Origin: an uncultured Chloroflexia bacterium
Lineage (GTDB): Bacteria > Chloroflexota > Limnocylindria > Limnocylindrales > CSP1-4
Assembly: GCA_963755115.1 (NCBI GenBank)
Contig: CAVWIK010000003.1
Span: 740,032 to 804,031, forward strand
DNA length: 64,000 nucleotides
Direction of reading: 5' to 3'
The notes below the pieces were generated by a model that worked only from the letters and a program-made list of their open reading frames with translations, ran no database searches and was not told where the DNA came from. Within the stretch, counting starts at the first letter, position 1. Each line of letters begins with the position of its first letter. A program made the position numbers and the translations under genes. Shown piece after piece: positions 45,820 through 55,436 of the stretch.

Positions 45820-46578
45820 ATGACGACCCTGCGGGACCGCGTCCTCGGCGGCGATACGACGTTCGGCACGTGGCTGTCGACCGGCTCGCCGGTCACGGCC
45901 GAGATCGCCGGGCAGGCCGGGTTCGACTGGCTCGTCATCGACACCGAGCACGGCATGACCGCCGAGGCCGGCGTCCTCGGCCTGCTCTACGCCATCGGCA
46001 CGACCGCGGCGACCGCGCTGGTCCGCATCGAGCGCGGCGACCGGCTCCGGGCCTCGCGCGCCCTCGACATGGGGGCGGGCGGGCTCATCGTGCCGCGGGT
46101 CGAGTCGGCCGCCGACGTCGTCCAGGCCCTCAGCTGGATGCGCTTCCCGCCGGCCGGCCAGCGCGGGGTCGCGCTCGGCGGGCGAGGGCAGGGGTTCGGG
46201 CGGGTCGGCCACGCGGACATCGGCTCGCTCAACGACGTCGCGCTCGGCGTCTTCCAGATCGAGAACGCATCGGCGGTCGCCGAGGCGGATGCCATCGCGG
46301 CCCTGCCGGGCGCCGACGTGCTGTTCGTCGGTCCCGCCGACCTCTCGCACGCCCTGGGCGTGCCCGGCCGCTTCGACGATCCGGCGTACCTCGACGCGAT
46401 CGACACGGTCCTCGCCGCCTGCCGCGCCCACGGCAAGGCCGCCGGCATCCTGCTCTACGACGCGGCCGTGATCGCGCCGCACGTCGAGCGCGGGTTCCGG
46501 TTCATCGGGCTCGGGTCGGACGGCGGGTTCGTGATGAGCGGGGCGAAGGCGATGCTCGCGGCCGCCGGACGCGGCTGA
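45820..46578 (+). CDS. HpcH/HpaI-family aldolase
   Basis: ..FDWLVIDTEHG..GLIVPRVESA..FQIENASAV..VLFVGPADLS. Confidence 0.8.
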   Translation: MTTLRDRVLGGDTTFGTWLSTGSPVTAEIAGQAGFDWLVIDTEHGMTAEAGVLGLLYAIGTTAATALVRIERGDRLRASRALDMGAGGLIVPRVESAADVVQALSWMRFPPAGQRGVALGGRGQGFGRVGHADIGSLNDVALGVFQIENASAVAEADAIAALPGADVLFVGPADLSHALGVPGRFDDPAYLDAIDTVLAACRAHGKAAGILLYDAAVIAPHVERGFRFIGLGSDGGFVMSGAKAMLAAAGRG

Positions 46579-46745
46579 CGATCTCGGCGGGTCGCGTTCG
46601 GCTTGCTGCGGCTGGAACGGGTCTGTCACGCATCTGACACCCGAGCATCGGGCGACTGAGGCCTGCGACACCTGCGCCGCGCGATAGTGGCTGTTCGCGT
46701 CGGCACGGACCCCCGGGTGACCGGCGACCACAGGAGGAACGACGC

Positions 46746-47153
46746 ATGCTGAAGACCAACACCACGCTCTCGCGCAGCAAGCCGTTCTCCACGTTCGCGG
46801 TGAAGGACATCGAGTCGGCAAAGCTCTTCTACCAGGACAAGCTCGGCCTCGACGTCCGGGACGCCGCCATGTCGGGCCTGATCGAGATCCACAGCCCCGG
46901 CCAGCCGCCGGTGGTCGTGTATCCGAATCCCGATCACCAGCCCGCCGTCTTCACCGTCCTGAACTTCCCCGTCGATGACGTCGACCGGACCGTCGACGAG
47001 CTGAAGGCCGCCGGCGTCACGTTCGAGCGCTATGACACGGACTCGATGAAGACCGACGCGAAAGGCATCGTCCGTGGTCAGGGGCCGGACATCGCCTGGT
47101 TCCGCGACCCGGCGGGCAACATCCTGTCGGTCATCGGCCGCGAATCGTCCTGA
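46746..47153 (+). CDS. VOC/glyoxalase-family protein
   Basis: ..FAVKDIESAKLFYQDKLGL.. and ..AWFRDPAGNILSV... SD GGAGG upstream. Confidence 0.7.
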   Translation: MLKTNTTLSRSKPFSTFAVKDIESAKLFYQDKLGLDVRDAAMSGLIEIHSPGQPPVVVYPNPDHQPAVFTVLNFPVDDVDRTVDELKAAGVTFERYDTDSMKTDAKGIVRGQGPDIAWFRDPAGNILSVIGRESS

Positions 47154-47168
47154 CCTGACGACCGGGAT

Positions 47169-47199
47169 ACCGCCGGCTCCGTCCCGCACGGGCCGGCGG
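47169..47199. terminator. Bidirectional terminator-like hairpin between convergent genes
   Basis: CCGCCGGC / GCCGGCGG 8-bp stem extended by CCGT/ACGG. No U tract. Confidence 0.4.
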
Positions 47200-47233
47200 C
47201 CCGGACCCCCGACCTGGCCGCCCCCCACGAACC

Positions 47234-48202
47234 CTATTCGTCCGCCAACCGGACGCTCGACGTCGCGCCGCGCCCCGCCATCGGCCCGGTCTGGGCCATC
47301 AGGACGCCCACGATGATGAGCGCGCCGCCGATGAGCTGGGTGCCCGTCAAGGTGAACCCGAAGAGGAGGTAGGCGAGCACGATCGTCCAGATCGGCTCGA
47401 CGGTGCTGATGATCGACGCCTGCGCCGCGCCGATCCGTTGCGCCCCGCCATAGAACGCCTGGATGGCGATGAACGTCGACACGACGCCGACGCCGACCAG
47501 CCCGAACCAGGCCTCGGAGGGGATCTCGGCCGGCAGGACCGGCCGTCCCGTGCCGAGGCTCCAGACCCAGTAGACGCCGGTCGTCGCGGTCATCATCAGC
47601 GCGGTCGCCGCGGATGCCGCCGCGCCGCCGTTGGCCGCGTCGCCGACGGCCCCGCGACGCTCCCCGGAGAGCCGGGCCGCGAGGACGATCCACACGACGT
47701 AGATGAGCATCGAGGCGACGACGAGCACGAGCCCGGACACCGGCGGAGCGTCGTCGGGATCGATGCCGCCGAGCGTCAACGCCACGCCGACCAGCGCCAC
47801 GCCGAGGGCGGCCCAGGCTCGCCGCCCCTCGAGCCGCTGGCCGACGCGCAGGGTCACGACCGCCACGATCGCCGGGTAGGTGAAGACGATGAGCCCGGCC
47901 AGCCCTGGCGACACGGTCTCGAGCGAGGCGTAGTACGCGCCGCTGTTCCCGACGTACAGCACGCCGAGGCCGAGGGCGACCAGGAGCGCACGGCGGTCGA
48001 GCGCCCTGAGCCCGGACCGGCGACGGGGCGATGCGAGGAGCCACAGCCAGGCCAGGCTAGCCCCGAACAGGAAACGCCACGAGGACAGCACCAGCCAGTC
48101 CACGCCGGCCCCGTAGACCGGTTGGGCGAAGAGCGATCCGGACCCGAATCCCGCGGCCGAGGCGAGGATGAGGGCGATCCCGCCCAGGCGTCGGCGATCC
48201 AT
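47234..48202 (-). CDS. EamA/DMT-superfamily transporter
   Basis: Ten hydrophobic segments. Start taken at MDRRRLGGIALILASAAGFG. Confidence 0.8.
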   Translation of the reverse strand: MDRRRLGGIALILASAAGFGSGSLFAQPVYGAGVDWLVLSSWRFLFGASLAWLWLLASPRRRSGLRALDRRALLVALGLGVLYVGNSGAYYASLETVSPGLAGLIVFTYPAIVAVVTLRVGQRLEGRRAWAALGVALVGVALTLGGIDPDDAPPVSGLVLVVASMLIYVVWIVLAARLSGERRGAVGDAANGGAAASAATALMMTATTGVYWVWSLGTGRPVLPAEIPSEAWFGLVGVGVVSTFIAIQAFYGGAQRIGAAQASIISTVEPIWTIVLAYLLFGFTLTGTQLIGGALIIVGVLMAQTGPMAGRGATSSVRLADE

Positions 48203-48302
48203 CGGCCGGAGGCTAGCAGCCGCCGGCCGCCATCGCCGCTCGACCCGGATCACCCGCTCGTCGCCATCGGACCCATCGAGCGACGACCGCTACACTTCGA
48301 AC

Positions 48303-48803
48303 GTGACCGACCGTACCGAGACCGCCGTCGTCCGCCGCGTGCCGGCGATCCTGGACGAGCGCCTGCGGGTGCTCAGCCGGCGCCAGCCGGTGACCGTGGC
48401 GCCGGGCACGTCCCTCGCTGAATGCCTCCGCGCGATCCAGCGGACCGGAACAGGCGATTCAGTCTTCGTGTGCGATCCATCCGGCCGTCTCGTCGGGGTC
48501 CTCACCGAGCGAGACATCTTCGGACGGATCGTCGGTGGGCACGTCGACCTGCGCGGTCCCGTCGACTCGCTGATGACGACCGAGCCGCGGACCCTCGATC
48601 TCGACCAGACGATCCGCGACGCGATCGAGCTGATGCAGACGGGCCGCTACCGCAACGTCCCGCTCGTCGATGAGCGCGGGCACCTGGTCGGCGTGGTCCG
48701 GCAGGCCGACATCATCAAGTACCTGGCCGAGTCGTTCCCGGAGGAGCTGCTCAACCTCCCGCCCCGGCCGCACCAGCGCATGAAGGAGCCGGAAGGCGCG
48801 TGA
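48303..48803 (+). CDS. CBS-domain pair protein
   Basis: ..GRLVGVLTERDIF.. and ..GHLVGVVRQADIIKYL... GTG start. GTGA overlap with korA. Confidence 0.75.
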   Translation: MTDRTETAVVRRVPAILDERLRVLSRRQPVTVAPGTSLAECLRAIQRTGTGDSVFVCDPSGRLVGVLTERDIFGRIVGGHVDLRGPVDSLMTTEPRTLDLDQTIRDAIELMQTGRYRNVPLVDERGHLVGVVRQADIIKYLAESFPEELLNLPPRPHQRMKEPEGA

Positions 48804-50662
48804 CGACCACAAAGGAGCCCGAGCTGGAGACCTCTGAGCTCGAGCGAGTGACCATCCGGTTCGCCGGCGATTCCGGCGACGGGATGCAGTTGACGGGGAC
48901 CCAGTTCACGCGGACCGCGGCGGTGTTCGGGAACGACATCAGCACGCTGCCGGACTTCCCGGCCGAGATCCGGGCCCCCGCCGGCTCGCTGCCCGGCGTG
49001 TCCGGGTTCCAGATCAGCTTCAGCTCGAACGACATCCACACGCCCGGCGACGAGCCCGACGTGCTCGTCGCGATGAACCCGGCCGCGCTCAAGACGAACA
49101 TCGGCGACCTGCCGGCCGGCGGCGCGCTCATCGTCAACAGCGACGCGTTCACGCAGCAGAACCTCAACAAGGCCGCGTACGGGAGCAACCCGCTGACCGA
49201 TGGGTCGCTGAGCCCGTACACGGTCTTCGAGATCCCGATCTCCACGCTCAACGAGCGGTCCCTCGACGGGCTGGACATGACCAGCAAGCAGAAGGACCTC
49301 ACGAAGAACTTCTTCGCGCTCGGGATCATGTTCTGGCTCTACGAGCGGAGCATGGACCCGACGATCTCCTGGATCGACCAGAAGTTCTCCGCGCGGCCCG
49401 TGGTGGCGGAGGCGAACAAGCGCGCGCTCAAGGCCGGGTATGCCTTCGGCGAGACGACCGAGATCTTCCACACGCACTACCGGGTCAAGCCCGCCAGCCT
49501 GCCGCCCGGCACGTATCGCAACATCACCGGCAACGAGGCCGCGGCGCTCGGGTTCCTGGCCGCATCGACCCTCGCCGAGCGGCCGCTGTTCTATGGCAGC
49601 TATCCCATCACCCCCGCGAGCGACATCCTCCACCAGCTCTCGACCTACAAGACGTTCGGCGTCAAGACGTTCCAGGCCGAGGATGAGATCGCCGCGATCG
49701 GCGCCGCCATCGGCGCGAGCTACGGTGGCTCGCTCGGCATGACCGCGTCGTCCGGACCGGGCATCGCGCTCAAGACCGAGGCGATGGGCCTTGCCGTCAT
49801 GGTCGAGCTGCCGCTCGTCGTCATCGACGTGCAGCGGGCCGGACCGTCGACCGGGATGCCGACGAAGAACGAGCAGGCGGACCTGCTCCAGGTCATGTTC
49901 GGGCGGAACTCCGACTCACCGATCCCCATCGTCGCCCCGGCGACGCCCGGCGAGTGCTTCGACATGGCCATCGAGGCCTGGCGCATCGCCCTCAAGTACA
50001 TGACCCCGGTCGCCTATCTCTCGGACGCCTTCCTCGCCACCGGCTCGGAGCCGTGGATGATCCCCTCGCTCGAGGACCTCCCCCGCATCGGCGTCCCGAA
50101 TGCCGTCCGCGGCGATGGCCCGTTCCAGCCGTACCTGCGCGATCCCGAGACGCTGGCGCGCCCCTGGGCCGTGCCCGGGACCGCCGGTCTCGAGCACCGG
50201 ATCGGCGGCCTGGAGAAGGCCGACGTGACCGGCAACGTGAGCTACGACCCGGACAACCATCACCGGATGCAGACGCTCCGCGCGGCCAAGGTCGCCGGCA
50301 TCGCCAAGGACATCGCCCCGCTCGAGGTCTACGGCCCGTCGTCGGGCGAGCTGCTCATCCTCGGCTGGGGCTCGACGTACGGCGCGATCCGCTCGGCCGT
50401 CGAGCGGTTCCAGGCCGATGGCCGGTCCGTGGCGCACGCCCACCTACGCCATCTCAACCCGTTCCCGGCCAATACCGAGGAGGTCCTGCGCTCCTATCGC
50501 CGGGTCCTCATCCCGGAGGTCAACCTGGGCCAGCTGCTCATGCTCATCCGGGCGAAGTTCCTCATCGACGCGGTCGGCTACGACCGCGTGCGGGGCAAGC
50601 CGTTCCGCATCTCCGAGATCGTCACCGAGGCCGAGCGACTGCTCGGGGAGACACAGCCATGA
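48800..50662 (+). CDS. korA: 2-oxoglutarate/2-oxoacid:ferredoxin oxidoreductase, alpha subunit
   Basis: 620 aa, intact. ..RFAGDSGDGMQLTG..YPITPASDILH..GPGIALK. Confidence 0.9.
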   Translation: MTTTKEPELETSELERVTIRFAGDSGDGMQLTGTQFTRTAAVFGNDISTLPDFPAEIRAPAGSLPGVSGFQISFSSNDIHTPGDEPDVLVAMNPAALKTNIGDLPAGGALIVNSDAFTQQNLNKAAYGSNPLTDGSLSPYTVFEIPISTLNERSLDGLDMTSKQKDLTKNFFALGIMFWLYERSMDPTISWIDQKFSARPVVAEANKRALKAGYAFGETTEIFHTHYRVKPASLPPGTYRNITGNEAAALGFLAASTLAERPLFYGSYPITPASDILHQLSTYKTFGVKTFQAEDEIAAIGAAIGASYGGSLGMTASSGPGIALKTEAMGLAVMVELPLVVIDVQRAGPSTGMPTKNEQADLLQVMFGRNSDSPIPIVAPATPGECFDMAIEAWRIALKYMTPVAYLSDAFLATGSEPWMIPSLEDLPRIGVPNAVRGDGPFQPYLRDPETLARPWAVPGTAGLEHRIGGLEKADVTGNVSYDPDNHHRMQTLRAAKVAGIAKDIAPLEVYGPSSGELLILGWGSTYGAIRSAVERFQADGRSVAHAHLRHLNPFPANTEEVLRSYRRVLIPEVNLGQLLMLIRAKFLIDAVGYDRVRGKPFRISEIVTEAERLLGETQP

Positions 50663-51738
50663 CCGACACCAACGGCCACGGGACGGCCGCCGTCCCGCCG
50701 CAGCCACCGCTCAGCGCCGAGAACGCTGCCGTCATCGCGCTCACCCGGAAGGACTTCGTGTCCGACCAGGAGGTGCGCTGGTGCCCGGGCTGCGGCGACT
50801 ACTCGATCCTCGCGCAGACCCAGAAGGTCATGCCGGACTTCGGGTTCCCGCGCGAGAACATCGTCTTCATCTCGGGCATCGGCTGCTCCGGCCGGCTGCC
50901 GTACTACATGAACACCTTCGGCTTCCACACGATCCACGGCCGCGCGCCGACGCTCGCGACCGGGCTCAAGGCCTCGCGGCCGGACCTGATGGTGTGGGTC
51001 ATCACCGGCGACGGGGACGCGCTGTCGATCGGCGGCAACCACGTCATCCATTCGATGCGCCGCAACGTCGACATCAACATGATCATGTTCAACAACCGCA
51101 TCTACGGGCTGACCAAGGGCCAGGCCTCGCCGACGTCGGAGTTCGGGAAGCGCACGAAGTCGACGCCGATGGGCTCGGTCGACACGCCGATCATCCCCTT
51201 GACGATCGCGCTCGCCGCCGAGGCGAGCTTCGTGGCCCGCTCGGTCGACACGCACACCGAGCACCTCCAGCAGACCCTCGAGCGGTCCGGCCGGCACAAG
51301 GGCTCGTGCTTCGTCGAGGTCCTCCAGAACTGCAACATCTTCAACGACGGGGCCTGGCGCGACTTCACCGATCGCGAGGTCCGCGAGGACCGGATGCTGT
51401 TCCTCGAGCACGGCAAGCCGATGATCTTCGGTAAGGACCGTGACAAGGGGATCCGCCTGAACGGCCTCCACCCGGAGGTCGTCACGATCGGCCAGGACGG
51501 TGTGACCGAGGCGGACCTCCTCGTCCACGACGAGGCCGCCGCCGATCCGTATCTGGCCCTGATGCTCTCGCGGATGTCCTACCCGGAGTTCCCGGTCCCG
51601 GTCGGGGTGCTGCGCGCGGTGAGCCGGCCGACCCACGACCAGCTGATCGAGGACCAGCTGGCGTCGGCGGTCGCCCGATCCGGACCCGGCGACCTGCAGA
51701 AGGTCCTCAACGGCGGGGAGACCTGGACGGTCGAGTAG
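50659..51738 (+). CDS. korB: 2-oxoglutarate/2-oxoacid:ferredoxin oxidoreductase, beta subunit (TPP-binding)
   Basis: ATGA overlap with korA. ..RWCPGCGDYSIL..GIGCSGR..GDGDALSIGGNH. Confidence 0.9.
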   Translation: MTDTNGHGTAAVPPQPPLSAENAAVIALTRKDFVSDQEVRWCPGCGDYSILAQTQKVMPDFGFPRENIVFISGIGCSGRLPYYMNTFGFHTIHGRAPTLATGLKASRPDLMVWVITGDGDALSIGGNHVIHSMRRNVDINMIMFNNRIYGLTKGQASPTSEFGKRTKSTPMGSVDTPIIPLTIALAAEASFVARSVDTHTEHLQQTLERSGRHKGSCFVEVLQNCNIFNDGAWRDFTDREVREDRMLFLEHGKPMIFGKDRDKGIRLNGLHPEVVTIGQDGVTEADLLVHDEAAADPYLALMLSRMSYPEFPVPVGVLRAVSRPTHDQLIEDQLASAVARSGPGDLQKVLNGGETWTVE

Positions 51739-51755
51739 GAGGGGAGAGGAGCGAG

Positions 51756-52256
51756 ATGGACTGCCCGGTCTGCGGTCACTTCAACCTGACGGGTACCGAG
51801 GTCTGCGACAACTGCGGGGCGGACCTGGCCGGCGCCGATACGCCCCAGGCGACCACCTCGTTCCACGGCCGGCTACTCGGCGAGCACCTCGACGACCTCG
51901 GAGCGCCCGCGCCGCTGATGGTCAGTGCCGACACCCCGGTCGACGAGGTCATCGAGCAGATGCACGAGGCCGCCATCGACTGCGTCCTCGTGATGTCCGG
52001 CGACCGGCTGGTCGGGATCTTCACGGATCGCGATGCGGTCGTGAAGGCCGCCGGCAAACGCCTCGAGGCGTTCCACGTCCGCGACTTCATGACCCCCGAT
52101 CCGGTCGTGCTGCGCCACGACGATCCCATCGCGATCGCGATCCACAAGATGGCGGTCGGCGGGTTCCGGCACATCCCGATCGTCGAGGATGGCCGGCCGA
52201 CCGGCGTCGTCACCGCCCGCGACGTCTTCCATCACCTCGCGGAACGCTTCGGGTGA
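51756..52256 (+). CDS. Zinc-ribbon + CBS-pair protein
   Basis: MDCPVCGHFNLTGTEVCDNCGADL, then two CBS motifs (..DRLVGIFTDRD.., ..GRPTGVVTARDV..). Confidence 0.75.
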   Translation: MDCPVCGHFNLTGTEVCDNCGADLAGADTPQATTSFHGRLLGEHLDDLGAPAPLMVSADTPVDEVIEQMHEAAIDCVLVMSGDRLVGIFTDRDAVVKAAGKRLEAFHVRDFMTPDPVVLRHDDPIAIAIHKMAVGGFRHIPIVEDGRPTGVVTARDVFHHLAERFG

Positions 52257-52603
52257 CGACCCGCGTGGCGGTGCTCGCCCAGGACCTGATCTGGCAGGAT
52301 CGCCTCGCTCGCGCCGTGGAATCGGCCGGCGGCACCCCGTCACGGGCGAAGACGGCCCCCGAGCTGGACCGTGCGCTCGAATGCGCGAAGCACGCGATCG
52401 TCGACCTGACGGCGCGCAACTACGACCCGCTCGTGGCGATCCGCCGGGCACATGACGCCGGTGCACGGGTCCTCGCCGTGGGTCCCCATGACGACCACGA
52501 CGTCCGAAAACGCGCGCTCGCCGCGGGCGCCGAGCGCGTCTACGCCTACCGCAAGCTCTTCGAGGACGGTCCGGCCACGCTCGGCCGTTGGCTGGCGTCA
52601 TGA
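52253..52603 (+). CDS. Hypothetical small protein, receiver-like (CheY-fold-like) pattern
   Basis: GTGA overlap upstream and ATGA overlap downstream. Alternating beta/alpha pattern VAVLAQD..AIVDL..VLAVGPH... No family recognised. Confidence 0.45.
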   Translation: MTTRVAVLAQDLIWQDRLARAVESAGGTPSRAKTAPELDRALECAKHAIVDLTARNYDPLVAIRRAHDAGARVLAVGPHDDHDVRKRALAAGAERVYAYRKLFEDGPATLGRWLAS

Positions 52604-53769
52604 CCGAGGTCGCCGCCCGCCCGACCATCCCGGCCGCCACGTACGCGGCACGGCTGGCGCTGGCCGCCGAGGAGGCCGCGAACCAGGGGGTCGACGCCCT
52701 GCTCATCGGGGTCGGGTCGGACATGCAGTACCTGACGGGCTACGAGGCCATGCCTCTCGAGCGCCTGACTATGCTCGTGGTCATCCCCGGACAGGACGCG
52801 GTCCTCGTGGTCCCGCGCCTGGAGCGGGGTGCCGCCGAGGCGGGTCTCCGCACGGACGTCACGATCCTCGACTGGCCGGAGGGCGGCGATGCCTACGCGC
52901 TGGTCGCGAACCGGGTCCGCGGTGAGTCCGGCCCGGCCGGTCGCGGCGCTCCGAGGATCGCGGTCTCCGACACCCTCATCGCGATGCACCTGCTCCGTCT
53001 CCAGGCGGCCCTGCCGGCGGCCGGCTTCGAGTTCGCGTCCCCCGTGCTGCGCGAGCTTCGGATGATCAAGGACGCGGACGAGATCGCGTTGCTCACGCTC
53101 GCGGCCCACGCGGCGGACCGGGTCGTCGCCCGGATCGCGGCGGGCCGGCTCATCGGCCGGACCGAGGCCGACGTCGCGCGCGAGGTCCGTGAGCGGCTGC
53201 TCGACGAGGGGCACGACCTCGGCCTCTTCGCGATCGTCGGGTCCGGACCGAACTCGGCGTCGCCACACCACGAGGCATCGGAGCGGGTCATCCAGGCCGG
53301 CGAGCCGATCGTCCTCGACATCGGTGGCGTGCTGGGCGGCTATGGGTCGGACACCACGCGGACCCTGTGGGTGACCGGCGGCGATCCGGCGAACGGGCCC
53401 GACGAGCGGTTCCGCCACCTGTTCGGGGTCCTGTACGGTGCCCAGGCGTCCGCGACGCGCGCCGTCCGTCCCGGCGTGACCTGCGAATCCATCGACGAGG
53501 CCGCCCGCCGGCCGATCGAGGCCGAAGGCTACGGCGAGGCGTTCTTCCACCGGACCGGTCACGGGATCGGGCTCGAAGGCCACGAGGACCCGTACATGGT
53601 CGCGGGCAACACGCTCGCGCTGCGCGAGGGCATGGCGTTCTCGGTCGAGCCCGGCATCTACCTCGTCGGCGAGTACGGGGCCCGGATCGAGGACATCGTC
53701 GTCTGCGGTCCCGACGGTCCGATCGTGCTCAACGAATTGCCGCGGGAGTTGTACGTCGTCAACGGTTGA
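52600..53769 (+). CDS. M24-family Xaa-Pro aminopeptidase/dipeptidase
   Basis: ..VLDIGGVLGGYGSDTTRT..HRTGHGIGLEGHEDPY..FSVEPGIY..ARIEDIVV. Confidence 0.88.
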   Translation: MTEVAARPTIPAATYAARLALAAEEAANQGVDALLIGVGSDMQYLTGYEAMPLERLTMLVVIPGQDAVLVVPRLERGAAEAGLRTDVTILDWPEGGDAYALVANRVRGESGPAGRGAPRIAVSDTLIAMHLLRLQAALPAAGFEFASPVLRELRMIKDADEIALLTLAAHAADRVVARIAAGRLIGRTEADVAREVRERLLDEGHDLGLFAIVGSGPNSASPHHEASERVIQAGEPIVLDIGGVLGGYGSDTTRTLWVTGGDPANGPDERFRHLFGVLYGAQASATRAVRPGVTCESIDEAARRPIEAEGYGEAFFHRTGHGIGLEGHEDPYMVAGNTLALREGMAFSVEPGIYLVGEYGARIEDIVVCGPDGPIVLNELPRELYVVNG

Positions 53770-53845
53770 GACGGTCGAACCCCGAGCGTGCGGTATCATC
53801 GGGTGACGGGTCGCGCCCGAGCGAGCCGCCACCGTCCGAGACCTG

Positions 53846-54753
53846 ATGACCACCGTCCACCAGCGCCGCTCCGGCGGCGTCGTCAAGATCCGGGTCGCCC
53901 ACCCCGGGTCCGCCGACCGATGAGTCGGCGCCGAGGCCGGGCGCATCACCATGAGCGCGCGCGCCACGCGGGCCCGAACCCGGCACAGCCTGGGGACTCG
54001 AGGCCGGTCCAGGCCGCCGGTCCCGGCGCCAACCAGCCGGCCACGCTGACGAACCCGGGGTCCGTCCCGGCGATCGCTCCGGCGCGCCGCTCCGAGCCGC
54101 TCCCGCGTCCGCACTGTGCTGCCGCCCGTCGACCGGCCCGGCCGCGCCGCGCTCGAGCCGAGCGCCGGTCGGCCCGCCCGTCGACGCTCCGGGTCGACGC
54201 CCGCCAGGACGCACGACCGGCACGCCAAGATGACGCGCCCGCCGCGCCGCAGAACGCGGCGCCGCAGAACGGGGCGGCGCCCGCCGGACCGTCGCAGCAC
54301 GCCGCGCCGCAGAACGGGGCGCCAGTGAACGGGTCGGCCGCCGCCGGAGCCCCGCAGAACGGCGCATCGAACGATGGCGCCCCGCAACACGGTCCAGCCC
54401 AACATGGTCCGGTCCAGCACGGCGCCGGCTCGCCACAGCCGGGTCCGAGGCCGATCAACGGTCAGGATCGCGGCTCGCCGTGCACCGCCCCGCAGCTGCG
54501 CCGGTTCATCAAGAGCCGGCCGTACGTGCCGATGCACGAGCTCCGCCGCCGCTTCGCCATCGACGGCGGCGACGACGACGTGAGCCCGATCGAGCTGCAG
54601 CCCGGGCGCGTCTTCGTCGGCCTGCCCGCCCGCGAGGGGCAGCTCCTCGGCGAGCTGCTGCGGGCCGGTGAGGTCGGCTACGAACTGTCGCTGGACCCGC
54701 GGACCCCGATCGTCATCGGCGTGTACCCGATGCGCCCGGTGCCTCGGCCCTAG
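53846..54753 (+). CDS. Hypothetical protein: short N-terminal segment, long Pro/Gln/Asn/Gly/Ala low-complexity region, about 90-aa structured C-terminal domain; possible frame break near nt 53920
   Basis: Third-position GC is high for ATG 53846..~53920 (MTTVHQRRSGGVVKIRVAHPGSAD), then high in the frame of ORF 53788..54753. APQNG-like repeats. C-terminus ..LRRFIKSRPYVPMHELRRRFAIDGG..IVIGVYPMRPV. Confidence 0.35.
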
Positions 54754-54788
54754 CCGGTCGCGTCACCCTGCGCAAGCGGATCCGCGGG

Positions 54789-55385
54789 TCAGCGCTCCGC
54801 CGAGGCCTCCGACTCCCGCACCGTGACGCCTTCGCGGCGCAGCAGGGCACGCTTCCGCGCGAGCGCCGCGTCGCGTGAGCCCCAGGCGTCGCCGCCGTAC
54901 CCGCCGATCGTCCCGTCCGCGGCGATGACCCGGTGGCACGGGACGAGGAGCGTCACGGGGTTCCGCCCGAGCGCGCCCCCGACCGCACGGGCGGCCCGCG
55001 GTGCGCCGATCCGGCGCGCGATCTCCCCGTAGCTCGCGGTCCGGCCCCACGGGATCCCGGCGACGGCGGCCAGGACCGACCGATCCCACGCCGGGCGGTC
55101 CGAGAGGTCGACCGGCACGGCCTCGGACGGGGGCCGGCCGGCGACCATCTCGCCGATGGCCCGCTGCGCCCGGTCGAGCAGCGCGTGCCGGGGATCGCCG
55201 GCCGGGGCGACGGCCTCGGGGAGCACGGCGCCGTCGAGACGGCGCTCGACCATCGCCGCGAACGCGTCATCGGTCATGGCCGACTCCGCGGCCGCGATGC
55301 CGCCGTCGGTCGCGGCGAGGTGGAGCGGGCCCCACGGGCCGGGGATGGTCCGGACGATCGCGCGGGCCGCCAGGGGATCGGTCAT
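54789..55385 (-). CDS. ogt: Methylated-DNA--protein-cysteine methyltransferase
   Basis: Active site LVPCHRVI. ..[28 protein letters not shown]... Start at [11 protein letters not shown]. The longer listed ORF is over-extended. Confidence 0.88.
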   Translation of the reverse strand: MTDPLAARAIVRTIPGPWGPLHLAATDGGIAAAESAMTDDAFAAMVERRLDGAVLPEAVAPAGDPRHALLDRAQRAIGEMVAGRPPSEAVPVDLSDRPAWDRSVLAAVAGIPWGRTASYGEIARRIGAPRAARAVGGALGRNPVTLLVPCHRVIAADGTIGGYGGDAWGSRDAALARKRALLRREGVTVRESEASAER

Positions 55386-55419
55386 CGCGACCAGTGTGGC
55401 GGCGTCGGGCCCGGGTGAT

Positions 55420-55436
55420 ATACTCCCAGGGAGTAT
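55420..55436 (+). promoter_or_regulatory. Perfect 17-bp palindrome ATACTCCC-A-GGGAGTAT overlapping a TATACT -10 and the copA ATG (CsoR/RcnR-style operator candidate)
   Basis: 8-bp arms read directly. The palindrome ends within the copA start codon (55435..55437). Confidence 0.55.

Noticed and set aside
46624-46639. Palindrome TGTCA-N6-TGACA upstream of the VOC gene.
   Set aside because: The arms are only 5 bp, there is no second copy in the window and no adjacent regulator. It is within chance expectation over 64 kb.
44221-46821. Very long antisense ORFs: 866 aa here, plus 499..1947, 15913..18060, 32507..34534, 35691..37382 (upstream part), 52546..54537, 55267..57585 and 62167..63948.
   Set aside because: All lie opposite genes with strong family motifs (hmgA/HpcH, LCP, ctaD/ctaC, S9 peptidase, hppD, M24 peptidase, copA, KAS/fabD). 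They have Arg/Pro/Gly/Asp-dominated, repeat-like composition with no recognisable motif. This is typical of stop-codon-poor antisense frames at about 70% GC.
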